A stretch of DNA of 64,000 nucleotides, from assembly GCA_965218585.1 (NCBI GenBank), contig CBDCLE010000026.1, forward strand, positions 96,001-160,000. Direction: 5' to 3'. Both the position numbers and the translations under genes were made by a program. The notes beneath the pieces are model-generated. The model was not told the DNA's origin and did not search any database. It saw nothing but the letters and a program-made list of their open reading frames with translations. How positions within the stretch are numbered: the first letter of the stretch is position 1; each line of letters opens with the position of its first letter. Source of the stretch: Terriglobia bacterium. GTDB lineage: Bacteria; Acidobacteriota; Terriglobia; 20CM-2-55-15. Of this stretch, positions 52,014 to 62,290 are shown piece by piece.

Positions 52014-53087
52014 TCAAGAGGGACTTGCCGATCCGTATCTCTCGAGGAGCTCTGTCGCTCTCTCATAGACTCGATCCACGGTAATTCCCGTCATGCATCG
52101 GTGATCGATCGGGCAGTCCCGTAACATGCAAGGCGCACATTCAACGGGAACCGAAATAGAGTAAGCCGTCGCCGACGTTGGGCATATTAAGTTCGGATCG
52201 GTCGGGCCGAATAGGGTCAGCGTCGGACGCATCAGCGCCGCAGCCATATAAGCGGGTCCAGTGTCGTTGGAAACGACCAGGTCACAGAGGCTCAACACCC
52301 CTGCCAATTCACCCACGGATGTCTTCCCGGTTAAAAAGACGGGCGTAGCGGACATCTGCGCGATGATTTCGCGCCCGATACCCACCTCGGCCTTTCCGCC
52401 AACGAATACGACAGTACAGTCCCGGGCCCCCATCAGCCTGTCGGCCAACGCCGCAAATCGTTCGGGCTTCCAACGCTTGGCGCGGCTGTTGGTCGCGCCC
52501 GGAGTAATTGCAACGAGGCTCTTACCAGAATAGGCCCCGTTTTCCTCCAGTAAAGAGCGAGCCCGGGTCCGGAACGCATCGGAAGCCTCGAGTTCATAGC
52601 GCGGTCGCGACATTTCAACTCCGCTCGTTCCGAAGAATCTCTTTTCGATCTCCGCGACCAGATACAGATAGTATTGCATCAGGTGAGACGAACGTACCCG
52701 GGCGGGAAGCCGGACAGAATCTGTCAGCAAGAAACCCCGGCCTTCGGTCCCAAAACCGGCCCGGACAGGAACACGAGCCAGAAAAGGCAGGACAGCCGCT
52801 TCAAAAGCATTCTGCAGAAGAATGGCAGCATCGAAGCCCTGTCTGCTCAAATTCCGTGCGGCAGTGGGTAGCTCGACCAGTCCGGCAGCGCCCTCACGCT
52901 GGTAGACCCGCACATCATCGACAGCATCGAATCCCTCAAAAACGTCCTTCACCAAAGGTTTGACCGACATCGTCAGACGAGCTTCGGGAAACATTCGGCG
53001 CAATTCCCGGAGGGCGGGAAAGGTCATGATGGAGTCGCCGATCCAACTGGGAGCCCGTATAAGAATGCTGGAGATTGGAGGCGCCAT
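52014..53087 (-). CDS. waaF: lipopolysaccharide heptosyltransferase II (GT9)
   Basis: PSWIGDSIM, PGA..AKRW, SNDTGP, LFGPT, CAPC..CPIDHRCM. Confidence 0.88.
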   Translation of the reverse strand: MAPPISSILIRAPSWIGDSIMTFPALRELRRMFPEARLTMSVKPLVKDVFEGFDAVDDVRVYQREGAAGLVELPTAARNLSRQGFDAAILLQNAFEAAVLPFLARVPVRAGFGTEGRGFLLTDSVRLPARVRSSHLMQYYLYLVAEIEKRFFGTSGVEMSRPRYELEASDAFRTRARSLLEENGAYSGKSLVAITPGATNSRAKRWKPERFAALADRLMGARDCTVVFVGGKAEVGIGREIIAQMSATPVFLTGKTSVGELAGVLSLCDLVVSNDTGPAYMAAALMRPTLTLFGPTDPNLICPTSATAYSISVPVECAPCMLRDCPIDHRCMTGITVDRVYERATELLERYGSASPS

Positions 53088-53139
53088 TGCCGATCAGTAC
53101 ACCATCTCTTGAAAGACCCGTTTCTACTTAATCCCGTTT

Positions 53140-53982
53140 CTACTCAAAAACCCGTTTCAGTCCGTCACGAAGCGAAATCGTGGGCTGCCAGTCGAATGCC
53201 TGCTCTGCTTTTCCAGAGTCAGTGACGTAACGGGCTTGTCCTCCGGCGGGCTCATCGTCCAGCCGGAGGGTGGGTTCACGGCCGGTCAGTTCGCCCAGGA
53301 TCTCGGTCAGGCCCACCAGAGTCGTCGAGTTTGAAAGTCCGCCGCCAATATTGAAGGTTTCCCCGCCGACGTCGGAATGCAGAAAGAGCTCGATGGCCCT
53401 GGACAGGTCGTCAACATAGAGAAAATCGCGAACCTGAAGCCCGCGATCCCGCAACGTGAGCTCCCGTCCGCTCCGGATCGCATCAACGAAGAAGTTCACG
53501 AAACTCCCCTTATTACCCTGACTCGGGGGCGCATAGGTCGAAGACAACCTGAAAACGACGCCTCGGACACCCGCGTGCGCCGCATAGTGGAGAACGCACT
53601 GCTCGCCGATGAGCTTCGACCAGGAATAGGAGTCTGTGGCAACTGCAGGGCACTTTTCGTCAACCATGTCCATGGAATCGGATGCGTTTCCGTAAACTTC
53701 CTTGGTCGAAAGGAACACGATGGTCTGACCGGGCTGGAGATGGCTCAAGACATTCGCGGTACCAATGACGTTCGTTTCCATACACCGGCCCAGGGCCGCT
53801 TCACTCTTGTCGATCGCCGCCGCCATGTGAATCACGACGTCATAATCGGCAATCAAAGCAAGCTGGGACGGGACGCAAACATCACCGCCGCCGCGGCGCG
53901 AGAAGTCATCCGCTGAAAAATACTGCCGAACAAAGGAACCGAGGTACCCGCTGCCACCAGTCACGAGAACTCGTGAAGTCAT
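53140..53982 (-). CDS. NAD-dependent epimerase/dehydratase family protein
   Basis: TGGSGYLG, YSWSK, RDFLYVDD, FNIGGG. Confidence 0.92.
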   Translation of the reverse strand: MTSRVLVTGGSGYLGSFVRQYFSADDFSRRGGGDVCVPSQLALIADYDVVIHMAAAIDKSEAALGRCMETNVIGTANVLSHLQPGQTIVFLSTKEVYGNASDSMDMVDEKCPAVATDSYSWSKLIGEQCVLHYAAHAGVRGVVFRLSSTYAPPSQGNKGSFVNFFVDAIRSGRELTLRDRGLQVRDFLYVDDLSRAIELFLHSDVGGETFNIGGGLSNSTTLVGLTEILGELTGREPTLRLDDEPAGGQARYVTDSGKAEQAFDWQPTISLRDGLKRVFE

Positions 53983-54031
53983 ACGCGGGCCTCAAAAAGG
54001 AAAGGGCGGGAATGAGACAAGCAGGGCTTGT

Positions 54032-55150
54032 CTAAACGAAGTTTGGACCATTCTGAGGATGACGGATCGCCCAGAGGACTTTGTTCAACTGGTGACAACG
54101 GCATATCGGTTGGCACTTGGGCAAATCGATACTGTCATGAACTTCCTTGCGTCGATCGCTTTCCCAAATCTCCTGAAAGCTACTCTTTCCGAGATCACCG
54201 ACAGCAAATTCAGGCAAACCACGGGTCTGTGAACAGTAATAGACCAATTTGTTTGCCTCGATGATTGGGAAGAAGTTCGAATAACATTTCTTATAATGGC
54301 TCCGCTCGTAATCCGGTGAAAGTACGCCGGCAAACTGGTCTTCTTTAACGAACACCTTGAAGCCTTCGTCCTCGAGCTCCTTCTTGGCGTCGTAGATCCG
54401 GACCAGTGCCTTCTGAAAGAATTCCTCTTCATACTGCTTATCCGAGGACATCGGGTGCATGATCACGGGTTTGACCTGAAGATAGTCTGCACCAGATTCT
54501 TTGGCAACCCGACCGCAGTCATAGACTTCTTCCCAGTTTTCGGGACAGACGACGATCTGGGAGCCGATCTGAACTTCAGAACCCGTACGTTCCCTTTCTT
54601 GGGCAAGCTTTCCGATATTGCCCAGCGTCGTCTCAAAATCGGACTCGTCGACCCTGTGAACCAGTGCGCGGGTCTCGGCACACCCAGCATTCAAACTTAT
54701 TCGAACCCAGTTCACGTTTGCTACTGTTGCCCGCACCGCTTCGTCGTTGAAAAGGGACCCGTTCGTAATGACGCCGATATCGACTCCCTTCTCCCTTGTG
54801 TAATCCAGAAAACGCGGAAAGTTCGTATTCACGTAAGGTTCGCCGCTACCGGAAAACACCATGCTCTTGGTGCCCAACGTGACAAGTTCATCGAGCAACC
54901 CAGCGTAGAAATCGAAATCCATGAAACTGGCGTCTGGATAGAGCTTGAGGTTTTTCTCGTCCTTGGGATGCTTCCCGAAATATCCGCCGTGCATACACCA
55001 CGAACAGAAGTGGTTGCAGACCGTGGTTGGGCTCAGCTCCATCGCAATGGGATAAATGTTCTTTCCCTGCCACCAATCGTGCATTCGATCCATGTGGACG
55101 AAGAGCTTGTGCGGCGAAAAAACATTATCACTCAGTGGAAGGTCACTCAT
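54032..55150 (-). CDS. radical SAM protein with SPASM/twitch-like C-terminal domain
   Basis: CNHFCSWC, SGSGEP, ITNG, C-terminal CYS..YCS..GDL..FQEIW..CQPICRC. Confidence 0.92.
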   Translation of the reverse strand: MSDLPLSDNVFSPHKLFVHMDRMHDWWQGKNIYPIAMELSPTTVCNHFCSWCMHGGYFGKHPKDEKNLKLYPDASFMDFDFYAGLLDELVTLGTKSMVFSGSGEPYVNTNFPRFLDYTREKGVDIGVITNGSLFNDEAVRATVANVNWVRISLNAGCAETRALVHRVDESDFETTLGNIGKLAQERERTGSEVQIGSQIVVCPENWEEVYDCGRVAKESGADYLQVKPVIMHPMSSDKQYEEEFFQKALVRIYDAKKELEDEGFKVFVKEDQFAGVLSPDYERSHYKKCYSNFFPIIEANKLVYYCSQTRGLPEFAVGDLGKSSFQEIWESDRRKEVHDSIDLPKCQPICRCHQLNKVLWAIRHPQNGPNFV

Positions 55151-55339
55151 AGAGCCTCAATTCGAATTCAGGAGTCTTTCGGTGTGTCCGGTCCGGCGAT
55201 CAAGTCCACCTTCAACGGCTTCCTCGTTGCGATTATACATGACCCCGGTCAAAGCTCGGCTATTGCAGGGTGGGCATATCGGTTGGCCCAAAATGCTTCA
55301 TCAACATCTTCCTGGCTCACTCGGTTTACTATATTAAGA

Positions 55340-56623
55340 ATGTACCCGACCTACACGGCCCTGCTCTGGCTTGGCCTCCTGCTGGCCTCACCCTACTACC
55401 TGCTGCGGTTTCGAAAATACTTGCCTACGCTCCGCGAGAGGCTGGGATACATCGCACCCCAATCGGAGAGCGGTAGTTTATGGATTCATGCTGTCTCGGT
55501 GGGCGAGATCGGTGCGATAGAACAGCTGATCGAAAAACTGCGCGAACGCTTCCCTCACAGGCAGTTGATCGTCTCGACAACTACACCGACAGGCCGAGGG
55601 CTGGCGATCGGGCGTCTCAACGCAGATCGAGTGGTCTATTTCCCTCTGGATCTACCCAACGTCGTCAAACGCAGCCTCGGTCAGATACGTCCGTCTGCCG
55701 TGATCATCGCTGAAACCGAAATCTGGCCGAACTTCCTCAGAGAGTGCGCGATTTCGGGTATCCCCGTTTTTATGGTCAACGGCCGGATTTCAGATAAATC
55801 CTATAGACGTTACATGCGAATGCAACGATGGCTGCCACGCGTACTGAACAGTTACCGTGTCCTGGGGATGCAATCTGAGATGGACGCTGAACGAATCAGG
55901 ACACTGGGTGCCGACTCGGAGAAGGTATCTGTGTTCGGCAACTTGAAATACGACGCCCCGGTTCGGGCACAAAATCTCGATGATCCACTCGAAACCATTC
56001 TCCGCGGGCCACGAAGACTTCTTGTGGCGGCCAGCACGGCCGCCGACGAGGAGGAGCTAGTCCTCGATGCATACAAACGCCTGCGCCAGACACACAACGA
56101 CCTGCAATTGCTGATCGCACCGCGGTTGCCCGACCGGTTCGAAATCGTGTCTCGTAGATTGGACGAGTCCGGTTTCAGCTATCTGCGGCGATCCGATCTC
56201 AAAGCCAATGGCACTAATAGCAAACAGGACGCTGATATTATCCTGCTCGACTCGATCGGTGAACTGACGGGCGTTTTCGCACATGCTACGATCGTCTTCA
56301 TGGGAGGTACGCTGGTCCCCAGGGGAGGTCATAACCTCATCGAACCGGCTCAATTTTCCAAACCTGTCGTCTTCGGTCCACACATGGAGAACTTCAGGGA
56401 GATGGCCCAGAACTTTCTTGAAGAAGCGGCTGCAATCCAGATCGCAGATGCGCGGTCATTGGCAGTCGAGATCGGGAAACTGTTAGGATCTCCAGAAATG
56501 TCGAAAACGATTGGAACAAACGCTCGGAACCTTGTCGCCCGCAACGCCGGGGCAACACTCCGGACGATCCGTGCCATTAGCGAGACGCTCGATAGTCGGC
56601 CTCGAATCGAGACTCGGCAGTGA
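55340..56623 (+). CDS. waaA: 3-deoxy-D-manno-octulosonic acid transferase
   Basis: WIHAVSVGE, ETEIWPN, GNLKYD, GGHNLIEPA; ATG at 55340. Confidence 0.96.
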   Translation: MYPTYTALLWLGLLLASPYYLLRFRKYLPTLRERLGYIAPQSESGSLWIHAVSVGEIGAIEQLIEKLRERFPHRQLIVSTTTPTGRGLAIGRLNADRVVYFPLDLPNVVKRSLGQIRPSAVIIAETEIWPNFLRECAISGIPVFMVNGRISDKSYRRYMRMQRWLPRVLNSYRVLGMQSEMDAERIRTLGADSEKVSVFGNLKYDAPVRAQNLDDPLETILRGPRRLLVAASTAADEEELVLDAYKRLRQTHNDLQLLIAPRLPDRFEIVSRRLDESGFSYLRRSDLKANGTNSKQDADIILLDSIGELTGVFAHATIVFMGGTLVPRGGHNLIEPAQFSKPVVFGPHMENFREMAQNFLEEAAAIQIADARSLAVEIGKLLGSPEMSKTIGTNARNLVARNAGATLRTIRAISETLDSRPRIETRQ

Positions 56624-57573
56624 GCCGGGTCTTCGGCAAGCTCGTAGAGACGCGTGGGAAGCTCTACGACCGCGGCCTGCTCACCGTCCACCGCCTCCGC
56701 CACCCAGTTATAAGTGTTGGAAACCTGACTGTCGGAGGCACAGGCAAGACTCCCCTCGTAATCGAATTGGCATCGCGTTTTCTCGATCTCGGGTACCGGC
56801 CAGTCGTTCTTTCACGAGGCTATAAACGACGGAGCAGGGGTGTCGTCGTCGTCAGTCGTGGAGCAGGTCCGGAGGTTGATTGGTTGGAATCTGGCGACGA
56901 ACCGCAATTGATCGCAAGGCGACTGCCCTCTGTCCCTGTTGTCGTTGGAGAAAGGCGATATCAGGCTGGTCTCTCGGCCGAACACGAGGAGCTGGGCGAT
57001 CTCTTTCTGCTCGACGATGGGTTTCAACACCGTAGCCTTCACCGCGATGTTGATATCGTCTCGATCGATCCAGTCGAGTGGAATCAAGAAGATAAGGTTC
57101 TTCCGACCGGACCGTGGCGCGAGCTCCGGACGGCGATCGAAAGAGGACACGCCGCCTGTGTACAGTCGGTTCTGGGATCGCCCGAAATCGATCTGCCCAT
57201 TCCGTCCTTTGAAACCGCAACCCTCGTTGAGGGACTCGTCCGTGATGGACAAACGCTGAAGATCGATGAATGGACCGGCGGCCCTGTTGCCGCTTTCGCC
57301 GGGATCGCAAAACCGGACCGATTTTTCACTCTGCTCGAAGCTTCGGGAATGGACGTCGCGATCCGCCGAAGTTTCAGAGACCACCACCGTTTCAGCAAAA
57401 CTGACCTGGAGGATTTCAAAAACCTTCCTACGATCACTACCGAAAAGGATGCCGTCCGTCTTCCCGACATGGGTTTCTTCGCGCTCCGCGTCTCCGCTAG
57501 AATTCATCACTTCGAAAAGCTTCGGGATCTCATTCTCGATCGGATTGCGGAGAGCCATGGAAGGGCCTCGTAG
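56620..57573 (+). CDS. lpxK: tetraacyldisaccharide 4'-kinase
   Basis: SVGNLTVGGTGKTP, LSRGY, GDEP, LDDGFQH, TTEKDAVR. Confidence 0.96.
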   Translation: MSRVFGKLVETRGKLYDRGLLTVHRLRHPVISVGNLTVGGTGKTPLVIELASRFLDLGYRPVVLSRGYKRRSRGVVVVSRGAGPEVDWLESGDEPQLIARRLPSVPVVVGERRYQAGLSAEHEELGDLFLLDDGFQHRSLHRDVDIVSIDPVEWNQEDKVLPTGPWRELRTAIERGHAACVQSVLGSPEIDLPIPSFETATLVEGLVRDGQTLKIDEWTGGPVAAFAGIAKPDRFFTLLEASGMDVAIRRSFRDHHRFSKTDLEDFKNLPTITTEKDAVRLPDMGFFALRVSARIHHFEKLRDLILDRIAESHGRAS

Positions 57574-57574
57574 G

Positions 57575-58141
57575 ATGAGCACAAACACCCAAGAGGTGAT
57601 GCCTGCGGTATTTCTGGACAGGGACGGCACGGTTTCCGAAGAGATCGGCTACATGTACGACGTCTCGCTTTACAGGATCTTTCCGTGGACAGGCGAAGCC
57701 ATACGGATGATTAATCAAACCGGGATGCACGTGATACTCACGACAAATCAATCCGGCGTCGAGCGGGGCTACTTCAGCGAAAGGATGGTCCATCGCGTGC
57801 ACAAACGGCTTCGGGATGAAATCGGACGGCACGGAGCCCGATTGGACGCCGCCTACTTCTGTCCTCACCATCCGGAGTCCGGCTGCACGTGTCGAAAACC
57901 CAGACCCGGAATGCTTTTCAGAGGTCAAAAGGAGTTCGAGGTCGATCTGGGCAACTCTTATATGGTCGGAGACCGTTACCTGGACGTTCAAACTGGTAAG
58001 GCTGCCGGTACACAAACGATACTTGTGATGACGGGCGATGGCCGAAGTGAACGGGAACAGTTTAAGGATGAAGAACTTCAGCCCGATCTTTTCGCCGAAG
58101 ATCTCGTCGAGGCCGCAGAACTCATACTCAAGGGAAGATGA
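57575..58141 (+). CDS. gmhB: D-glycero-D-manno-heptose 1,7-bisphosphate phosphatase
   Basis: FLDRDGT, TNQSG, CPHHP..CTCRKP, VGDR. Confidence 0.94.
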   Translation: MSTNTQEVMPAVFLDRDGTVSEEIGYMYDVSLYRIFPWTGEAIRMINQTGMHVILTTNQSGVERGYFSERMVHRVHKRLRDEIGRHGARLDAAYFCPHHPESGCTCRKPRPGMLFRGQKEFEVDLGNSYMVGDRYLDVQTGKAAGTQTILVMTGDGRSEREQFKDEELQPDLFAEDLVEAAELILKGR

Positions 58142-59118
58142 AGCTCGACTCAATCATTGATAGGTTCGGGGGCCGACGCGTAGTCGTTTTCGGCGATCTC
58201 GTCGCCGACGTTTTCGTATATGGCGAGATCTCCCGCATTTCGCGAGAAGCCCCGGTATTGATTCTGTCCCAACGGGAAACACAAATGGTGCCCGGTGGCG
58301 CCGCCAACGCAGTCCACAATCTCTGGGCACTCGGTGCCAGACCGGTGCCTGTTGGAATCGTCGGCGACGACGACGAAGGACGCCAGTTAATCGACTACTT
58401 CAACTCACTCAACATCGACACGAGTGGTATCCGGAAGGTGAGATCCTACCGAACACCTACCAAGACGCGCATCCTGGCCGGAGCCGCACATGCGTACCAG
58501 CAACAGGTGTTGCGTCTGGACACCGGAACTCCCATCAGAAACAGTTCGGGGCAGAAGGCAGCGCTCCGCTCGCTCCGCTCCCATCTCAAGAAAGCGGATG
58601 CGGTATTACTTTCCGACTACGGATACGGATTGGTCCAGCCGGAAGTGAGCAACGAGTTTAAGAACATTCGGGTACCGGTAACCGCCGACTCCCGGTACCG
58701 CATCACGGAATACTCGAGTCTGACGGCAGCAACTCCTAATGAACCAGAGGTCGAAGAAGCGCTCGGGATCAGTATTGGGAGCGATCTTAAAACACTGGAA
58801 CGAGCCGGCCGAACTCTATTGCGAAGGCTGAAGCACGACGCCCTTCTTATAACCCGGGGGAAAGATGGGATGGCATTGTTCGAACGAGGCCGAAAAACAA
58901 GCCACATCCCCATCTACGGTACCGATGAGATCGCAGACGTGACTGGCGCAGGCGACACGGTCATTGCCGTGTTTACGCTGGCATTATCAACGGGAGCCGC
59001 GTTTTACGATGCCGCACGCCTGGCCAACTACGCTGGAGGAATCGCTGTTATGAAGCATGGAACCCGAACGGTAACTCGGAAAGAACTGACCCGGGCCGTC
59101 GCCTCCGACACCGAATGA
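58138..59118 (+). CDS. heptose-7-phosphate kinase (RfaE domain I / HldA-like)
   Basis: [33 protein letters not shown]. Confidence 0.92.
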   Translation: MKLDSIIDRFGGRRVVVFGDLVADVFVYGEISRISREAPVLILSQRETQMVPGGAANAVHNLWALGARPVPVGIVGDDDEGRQLIDYFNSLNIDTSGIRKVRSYRTPTKTRILAGAAHAYQQQVLRLDTGTPIRNSSGQKAALRSLRSHLKKADAVLLSDYGYGLVQPEVSNEFKNIRVPVTADSRYRITEYSSLTAATPNEPEVEEALGISIGSDLKTLERAGRTLLRRLKHDALLITRGKDGMALFERGRKTSHIPIYGTDEIADVTGAGDTVIAVFTLALSTGAAFYDAARLANYAGGIAVMKHGTRTVTRKELTRAVASDTE

Positions 59119-59585
59119 AACTCCGCGAACTGGAAGAACTACCCGCCCTCGTGTCCGGGCAGCGGGTCGTCCTGGCCAATGGATGCTTCGACGTTCTCCA
59201 CGTCGGCCACGTCCGCTATCTCACAGATGCTCGCAGCCTGGGTGACGCCCTCGTCGTCGCTCTGAACGATGATGCCTCCGTGGGCCAGCTCAAGGGACCG
59301 GGTCGGCCCATACTCAACGTGACTGAACGGATAGCGCTGTTGTCAGCGTTGGAGTGCGTCGATTACATCGTCACGTTCGGAGAGCTTGATGTCTCCAGGG
59401 TAATTGACGTCCTGCGACCCGATGTCCATGCCAAAGGGACCGACTACACGGAAGATACGGTTCCCGAACGTGATGAAGTCCTGGCTTACGGTGGGCAGGT
59501 TCGTATCGCCGGTGATCCGAAGGATCATTCAACCAAAGACACGTTGAGCCGGATACTGGAACGGTATGGGGGGAACGATGAATGA
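59115..59585 (+). CDS. heptose-1-phosphate adenylyltransferase (RfaE domain II / HldC-like)
   Basis: [23 protein letters not shown]. Confidence 0.92.
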   Translation: MKLRELEELPALVSGQRVVLANGCFDVLHVGHVRYLTDARSLGDALVVALNDDASVGQLKGPGRPILNVTERIALLSALECVDYIVTFGELDVSRVIDVLRPDVHAKGTDYTEDTVPERDEVLAYGGQVRIAGDPKDHSTKDTLSRILERYGGNDE

Positions 59586-59655
59586 CACAGGGAGAGAGCA
59601 AACACGGACCAAGCACAGCAACCAAATCCGCCTGATGAGAGACCAAGACTTGCAG

Positions 59656-59827
59656 CGGTCGCTCAGACGGTCATCCTGACCGAGCGACCTCGCCGCCCGC
59701 AGTCTACTGACTGCGGGCCCTACTGGGATTGCCGCTACAGTTTCGTCCTCTTCAAAAGGACCCGCACGGTTCCTCCGTGCGGGTGATCAACGAGGCGGAG
59801 CCGAGGCGATAGTGTAAGAAAATGATC
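59656..59827. repeat. structured intergenic element, copy 2
   Basis: Colinear with 13135-13308, same orientation. Confidence 0.8.
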
Positions 59828-59960
59828 GGATGGGAAGCCGTTCAGCCTACACGGGGTGCGCCACTATGCTGAATAGTTGCCAGTTAAGAAGCAACACCCC
59901 AACTTGTCACTCGTCAGTTGTTATTCCGTATGGTAAGTTCATGATGTTTCGACCCCGACC

Positions 59961-61058
59961 ATGGACCCTGTAAACACAATCGAAAGCACCGAAGCCGCAC
60001 CCAAACGCATTCTCGTCATCAAGTTTGGCTCCCTGGGAGACATCGTTCACTGCCTGCCCTCGGTACGCCAACTGCTGGATCATTTTCCCGATGCAGAAAT
60101 CGACTGGCTCATAGAACAGAAAAACAAGGTCGTCGTAGAGATGAGCGGCATCGGTGTGCGACTCGTGCCGATCGATACTTACCAGTGGCGTTACAGTCCG
60201 GGCATCGGAAGTGCGAAGGAAATTCTGGATTTTATCTGGGCGCTTCGCACAGATGGCTACGACTGCACGATCGATTTCCAGGGACTGTTGAAATCTGCTT
60301 TTGTCGGCTATCTGTCGGCTGCACCGGTCCGGATCGGATGGGAACGCGATTTTCTTAAGGAATCAGCCAGCCGGTTTTTCTACACGGAAGTGGTCAAACC
60401 ACGGCGCGTCCATATCATTGATCAGCAGATGGAACTACTCAAACCACTGGGCATCTCCCCGGACTGGGATGCGCCCGGGCCCCTGGAAGCCTCCGCTTCC
60501 GCCAGAGACGCTATCGAACGAAAACTGGGTGACGCCAAAGATTTCGTTCTGATCAATCCCGGTGGAAATTGGGTCACGAAACGTTGGGAGCCGGAGCGTT
60601 TCGGAGCGTTGGCGAGAAAATTGATGGATGACGGCTTACCTGTCGCACTGACATGGGGCCCGGGCGAAGACGACCTCGTCAACCGGATCGAAGCCGTAGC
60701 CGGCAGGGACATCCTCAAGATCAGTTCCACTCTGCCTGAACTGGTCGCACTGTGCGAACGAAGTCGACTCTTCGTCGGAGGAGATACCGGGCCGATGCAT
60801 TTTGCGGCCGCGGTCGGACTCCCGGTGGTTGCGATTTTCGGTCCCACCAGCAGCGATCGTAACGGCCCCTTCAAACACGAAGATATCGTCGTGGAGCGCC
60901 GATTGGACTGCCGGCCTTGCTACGAACGAGACGCCTGTCCGCTCGAGCATCTCAACTGCATCAAAGAAATCTCGGTTGATGAAGTGTATGAAGCCTGTAA
61001 GAAGCGGCTGAGTTTCGAAACGCCTTGGTCCAGAAACACCCGCGTCGCTCAACCCTGA
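59961..61058 (+). CDS. waaC: lipopolysaccharide heptosyltransferase I-like (GT9)
   Basis: KFGSLGDIVH, DFQGLLKSA, GGDTGPMH, FGPT. Confidence 0.8.
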   Translation: MDPVNTIESTEAAPKRILVIKFGSLGDIVHCLPSVRQLLDHFPDAEIDWLIEQKNKVVVEMSGIGVRLVPIDTYQWRYSPGIGSAKEILDFIWALRTDGYDCTIDFQGLLKSAFVGYLSAAPVRIGWERDFLKESASRFFYTEVVKPRRVHIIDQQMELLKPLGISPDWDAPGPLEASASARDAIERKLGDAKDFVLINPGGNWVTKRWEPERFGALARKLMDDGLPVALTWGPGEDDLVNRIEAVAGRDILKISSTLPELVALCERSRLFVGGDTGPMHFAAAVGLPVVAIFGPTSSDRNGPFKHEDIVVERRLDCRPCYERDACPLEHLNCIKEISVDEVYEACKKRLSFETPWSRNTRVAQP

Positions 61059-61588
61059 TGCTCAAGCGTCTTGCCCTCGTTCGAGTTCCACTCGGTTTTG
61101 CCCTTGCAGTCGTCGTTTTCTACCTGGCAAGACCGGCAACGATTGTCATGGCTATCGGGTTCCCTATCGCTCTGGCAGGCATTGTCTTCCGCGGAGCGGC
61201 CGCAGGCGTCATCCACAAGAACGACGCGCTGGCACAGCAGGGACCCTACCGTATGACGCGAAATCCTCTTTATTTCGGAAGCTTTCTGTTGGCGGTCGGC
61301 TTCGCCATCATGAGCGGGAGCCTTGTTGGGGGAATCCTTCTCGTTGTCCCGTCCGCTCTGATTTATCCCGTTGTTATCAGAAACGAGGAGGCGTTCCTCA
61401 GCAATTCGTTCGGAACAGAATTCGAGCAGTTCCGCCAGAGTGTGCCCTGCTTTCTTCCGCGCAGGGTGAACTGGAAGGTATTCGAATCGTTTTCAATGGA
61501 TCGATATCGCGCCAATCGGGAATACAACGCGGCCATCGGGTTCGTCGGCGCAACAGTAATCTTGCTACTAAAGTATTTCTTGTCTTAG
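61058..61588 (+). CDS. isoprenylcysteine carboxylmethyltransferase (ICMT) family membrane protein
   Basis: GPYRMTRNPLYFG, EEAFL...FG..F, VP.F.PR; TGATG overlap with the GT9 gene. Confidence 0.88.
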   Translation: MLKRLALVRVPLGFALAVVVFYLARPATIVMAIGFPIALAGIVFRGAAAGVIHKNDALAQQGPYRMTRNPLYFGSFLLAVGFAIMSGSLVGGILLVVPSALIYPVVIRNEEAFLSNSFGTEFEQFRQSVPCFLPRRVNWKVFESFSMDRYRANREYNAAIGFVGATVILLLKYFLS

Positions 61589-61627
61589 GGATACAGCTCC
61601 GGGTGGTTGGTTCGGCACCGGAAAAGT

Positions 61628-61706
61628 CGTCAGCCATCAGCCATCAGCCATCGGGCGCCTGCGATTGGGCCGAGCTCGGAGCCGGTCGCTGACCCCCGAC
61701 AGTCTG
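61628..61706. repeat. short heptamer tandem repeat (TCAGCCA x3) with a weak inverted partner
   Basis: gtcagccatcagccatcagccatc ... gctgacccccgacagtctg. Confidence 0.55.
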
Positions 61707-61723
61707 GACATCGAAACAACTGG

Positions 61724-61752
61724 TTGATTTCGTTAGTCTCCGAACCTATACT
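61724..61752 (+). promoter_or_regulatory. sigma70-type promoter for rimP-nusA
   Basis: TTGATT-17 nt-TATACT. Confidence 0.7.
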
Positions 61753-61765
61753 TTCCTCGTAGACG

Positions 61766-61796
61766 AAAGTGGGCCGCTGAGCCCACTTTTTTGTTT
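61766..61796 (+). promoter_or_regulatory. rimP leader hairpin (attenuator-like)
   Basis: aaagtgggc-cgctga-gcccacttt followed by a T-rich tract immediately before rimP. Confidence 0.85.
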
Positions 61797-61799
61797 GTT

Positions 61800-62288
61800 A
61801 TGGGAGTTGGGCTGGATCGAATACGTCAGCTTGTCGGTGAAATCGTTGTCGCTGAAGGGTTTGAACTGGTCGACCTCGAGCTCAAGGGTTCAGGGCGCGA
61901 CCGAATCCTCCGAGTCTTCATCGACCGAGAGGACGGCATTTCGCACCGCGATTGCGAGTTGATCAGTGAGCAAGTTGGAACGGTTCTCGATGTCGAAGAT
62001 TTAATTCAATTTTCGTACACGCTGGAAGTTTCCTCACCAGGTCTGGATCGCAAGTTGGTCAGCAGGGATGACTTCGCGCGGTTCGAAGGTCACTTGGCAA
62101 AGATCCAGACTCGATTTCCACTACACAATCAGAAGGTTTTTAAAGGCCGCCTTCAGGGGCTCCAGGGGGAGAACATTCAACTGGAACTACCGAAAGGTGA
62201 GTTGCTGGAAATACCGCTCGACTTGATACGGGAAGCGCGCCTGGAAGTTGACTGGGGTTCGGAAATGAGCCGCCCAAGGAGTCGGTAA
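61800..62288 (+). CDS. rimP: ribosome maturation factor RimP
   Basis: LRVFID..GI..DC, YTLEVSSPGLDR. Confidence 0.96.
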   Translation: MGVGLDRIRQLVGEIVVAEGFELVDLELKGSGRDRILRVFIDREDGISHRDCELISEQVGTVLDVEDLIQFSYTLEVSSPGLDRKLVSRDDFARFEGHLAKIQTRFPLHNQKVFKGRLQGLQGENIQLELPKGELLEIPLDLIREARLEVDWGSEMSRPRSR

Positions 62289-62290
62289 CG

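Noticed and set aside
54455-55339. Apparent 295-aa N-terminal extension of WaaA (722-aa ORF)
   Set aside because: It is mostly the antisense shadow of the radical SAM gene; the WaaA-like sequence starts at ATG 55340
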